DNA of 55,426 nucleotides, the filler included, from Squatina squatina (taxonomy: Eukaryota), in assembly GCA_031763465.1 (NCBI GenBank). It is 3 parts of 3 records of this genome, joined end to end, with 100 filler letters (N's around TTAATTAATTAA, not from the genome) between each part and the next. Parts side by side here need not be neighbours in the genome. Positions count along the whole stretch, not along the records: positions 39,813 to 55,426 come from JARFOE010000235.1; 2 more parts are not named here. One strand, given 5' to 3'. Position 1 is the stretch's first letter. Each line of letters opens with the position of its first letter. A program made the translations under genes and the position numbers. Positions 52,620 to 55,426 of this stretch are shown piece after piece. The notes beneath the pieces were generated by a model. That model was not told the origin of the DNA. It ran no database searches and was given only the letters and a program-made list of their open reading frames with translations.

Positions 52620-52932
52620 TCATTCTTCATCTGTGAGCTTAGAAAGTGAGTGTTGATGGGCGGTTTTACTGTGTGTGCGGGTGGGTGGGGGTATCATAGC
52701 CAAGCCCGGATGCCTCATCGCCCAATGCACAGACAGCAATGAGGAGTGGCAAAACTCGATCTCTCCACCACCTCCCCCGCTTATCCCATTAAAGCCAACT
52801 GTAGTACTCCCAATCACTGCCAACCTGGCTGAGGTCAGCTAAATCAGCACTGACCAGGAATCGAACCTAGGGCTTTTGTGGCCTGCACAGCTCAGAAGCA
52901 CACCACATGGTGCATTCAGCCACTGTGCCATT
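52620..52932 (-). mobile_element. tRNA-derived SINE
   Basis: Minus strand has a box-A-like tggcacagtgg and a box-B ggttcgattcc; body shared with ~31565-31650. Confidence 0.55.
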
Positions 52933-53496
52933 GCTAAGCTTCTGTGATTTTATTGGCTAGTTTTGATTTGAATTTTAATGCCTGCCCTTATCCCCATGTG
53001 GATGAGTGTGACAATTGAGCAGGAGGACAACCATCTGATTGAGGACCATCAAGACCTGCTGGTGCACAGCAGTGCATTGTGAGTGCAAAGCAATGCTGAG
53101 AACCAGACACACCAACACGGCAGAGTTAATGGAGTCTCTCAACAGCTCTCTAGACGACCAACCATGTGTGACACTGCGTACTTTCCTCTGGGGATACATG
53201 TCACGGATGCAAGATACCTCGGAGTATATTACAGGGCACAAAATAGCAAGCGGTTCAGGGAGACGCAATGATTTAAAGGACAATGCCTGATTGATCTGAG
53301 GATATGTTGACTCCTACACATTATGCCACTACACATTGTACAGCATCAATTTTTAAAGAAGAAAGATTGCAAGATTGGGGTGCGAGAGTAGATAATNNNN
53401 NNNNNNNNNNNNNNNNNNNNNNNNNNNNNNNNNNNNNNNNNNNNNNNNNNNNNNNNNNNNNNNNNNNNNNNNNNNNNNNNNNNNNNNNNNNNNNNN

Positions 53497-54905
53497 TCCT
53501 CCAAAGAGGTTGCACGCTCTGCGCCTTGCTTCTCCTGCAGCTCCAATCCTCGCTGCTGAGCTATGTTCTGCAGCACGCAGCAGATGACGAAGGTTCTGGA
53601 GACCCTGGCTGGTGTGTACTGAAGGGTTCCTCCAGATGTATCAAGGTATCTGAAGAGCATCTTCAGCATGCCGATTGCTTGCTCTATGACACATCTGGTG
53701 GACATGTGACTTTCAGCAGAAAGTTGACATAATTGGCTGACTTGTCAAACATGGCATTGATCACCTGGGGATGCATCTGTGGGTGGTCGACTGCGAGATC
53801 CTGAAAATGTCTGTTGTAGATCCCTGGAAGGAGCCTGAGGCAATGAAGTTGAGGGCGGTGGTGACTTTGACAGCCACTGGCAAGGCATGTCCACCAGGAC
53901 CTCTGGGCAGCAAGCTGCGACTTTACCACTGATGAAGCCAGCGTTACTGAGCAGGGGCTCAGCTTTGCGGCTCTGGCTGGCTTCCCACAGGTGCAAGGCG
54001 TCATCGACTGCACACATGTGGTCTTCAAGGCACGCTCACAGCACCCGGCGTGTTTGCAAACCATAAGAGCTTCCACTCCCCCAATGTGTAGCTCATCTGC
54101 AACCATAAAAAGATGAGCTTGCGCGACAGACTGAGTGTCCTGAAGCACTGCTGTTCAGTGATCTCTAGGAAGCTCATCCTCTGCCTATATACCATATGTT
54201 GAGAGTATTGCCTCCGGCACAGTGCACCCCTGTACTGCCCCCCTCTCTCCTGTGGAGCATTGGGTCGTTGATGAGCAGGCTGCAGTTGTTGCTGCTGTTG
54301 TTGCTGCTGCTGGTGTGGCTGATGTTGTTGCTGCTGGGGCTCATTTTGGTCTGAATCAAGATGAGCCTGCATAAGCGGCACCCATGCTAATCTGATAGAT
54401 GACAGAGGAAAAGTGGAGATCAGACGCACAAACCGCCAAAGCAGTGAGTGATCCCCAAGGTAATAGGAATCACCCGCAAATACTGAAAGGACACGGTCAG
54501 AGAAAGTGCTGTGAGCAAAAGCCTTTCACTTAAGCAAGGAGGCAAGTATGAGGTCTCAGTACTTCAACGATTTGTTTTATCCTGTCATTTTTTCAGCCCC
54601 CTCAATTGTCGCTGTGCTCTCATCTTGCTTTCACTGGCGAGGTCCAGGAAGCTTGGGAAACCCGATGCACCCATAGTGAAAGTTGAAAAGTCCTGTTAAA
54701 AAAGCTGTTATTTACCTCTTAACCGCTTTAAATTGGCAACCCGCCTCTCCTGAGGGGCTTTCTTACACGCAGCCGACTGCGCTCCAGTTAAATGCGGAAG
54801 TCGGCAGGTTGGTGCTGGCTTCCCGACACATTGTCAATTTCAGTGCATTTAACCACCCACCTGCTCCCAAACTCACTCATTCTTTGCTGTTAAAATTACC
54901 CGCTA
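53497..54905 (-). mobile_element. Rearranged, inactive PIF/Harbinger (HARBI1-like) transposon
   Basis: Minus strand: polyQ plus VYRQRMSFLEITEQQC (N-terminus), GGHALPVAVKVTTALNFIASGSFQ (HTH), TRCVIEQAIGMLKMLFRYLDTSGGTLQY (C-terminal E). Plus-strand insert: GFPQVQGVIDCTHV. Terminal-like gttaaaattacccgc at ~54890-54905. Confidence 0.85.
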
Positions 54906-55426
54906 TGGTTCCATATACCATAGTCTTTAATATACAGCTGTGTAATACAAATCACCATATTTAAAGCATCACCGAGTAATCAGAAGGTTAATCAGACTAT
55001 GTGAAGAACATCAAGGCTTCTTGTGAAACAAGCAAAATAGCAGACAACATTCCAAAGAGGGAAAATTATCAGATTACTGAAATATAATCACATGTTGTCA
55101 TAAGGCTTAAATATTTGGAGTGAACACAATATTGGCCCAAAACCTATTAAAGACGGCCAATTTGTATTATACAACAACCAATTGGTTTTAATAAAGCTGT
55201 CAACCATTTGAAGGGATTTGGCAAAGTTGATCCAGGCCAAAGTTTACTATATTGAAGGGCTCAAATCAAAGAGGGATACGAGTTAAAAATTAGTAAGTGA
55301 GGAGCAATAGATGTAAGTGGTTTTCTCGGGCATACCGAAAACACACCTCTTACTACAAGTTCTGGACGATAGGAATTATATGGACAGATCAGACTCGGAC
55401 ACACGTTTTTCGGGTTCAACCGTATT

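Noticed and set aside
52850-52932. tRNA-like A and B boxes
   Set aside because: No cloverleaf, and it continues into a repeat body; treated as a SINE head, not a tRNA gene.

Overview
Eukaryotic vertebrate DNA, most likely a cartilaginous fish (shark-type CR1, Deu-SINE, Penelope and Harbinger repeats; intron-containing vertebrate genes), from a fragmented draft assembly with many 100-N gaps. Two N-TTAATTAATTAA-N linkers (26421-26520, 39713-39812) divide the window into three pieces that are probably unlinked. Piece 1 (1-26420) has AMER2, seven visible coding exons of SPATA13/Asef2, and one minus-strand exon of a divergent anoctamin/TMEM16 gene that the ORF track misses. Piece 2 (26521-39712) has five LRP2/megalin exons. 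Piece 3 (39813-55426) has three exons of a divergent ABI-family gene, a complete intronless GT11 alpha-1,2-fucosyltransferase on the opposite strand, and a scrambled Harbinger transposon. The most notable observations are the non-canonical anoctamin, an ABI gene mixing ABI3-like and ABI1/2-like exons next to a FUT2-like gene, apparent lesions in AMER2 and SPATA13, and a fossil hammerhead ribozyme in a Penelope repeat. Homology calls rest on recalled protein and repeat sequences, not database searches. I found no convincing wholly new multi-gene system, and no prokaryotic features.
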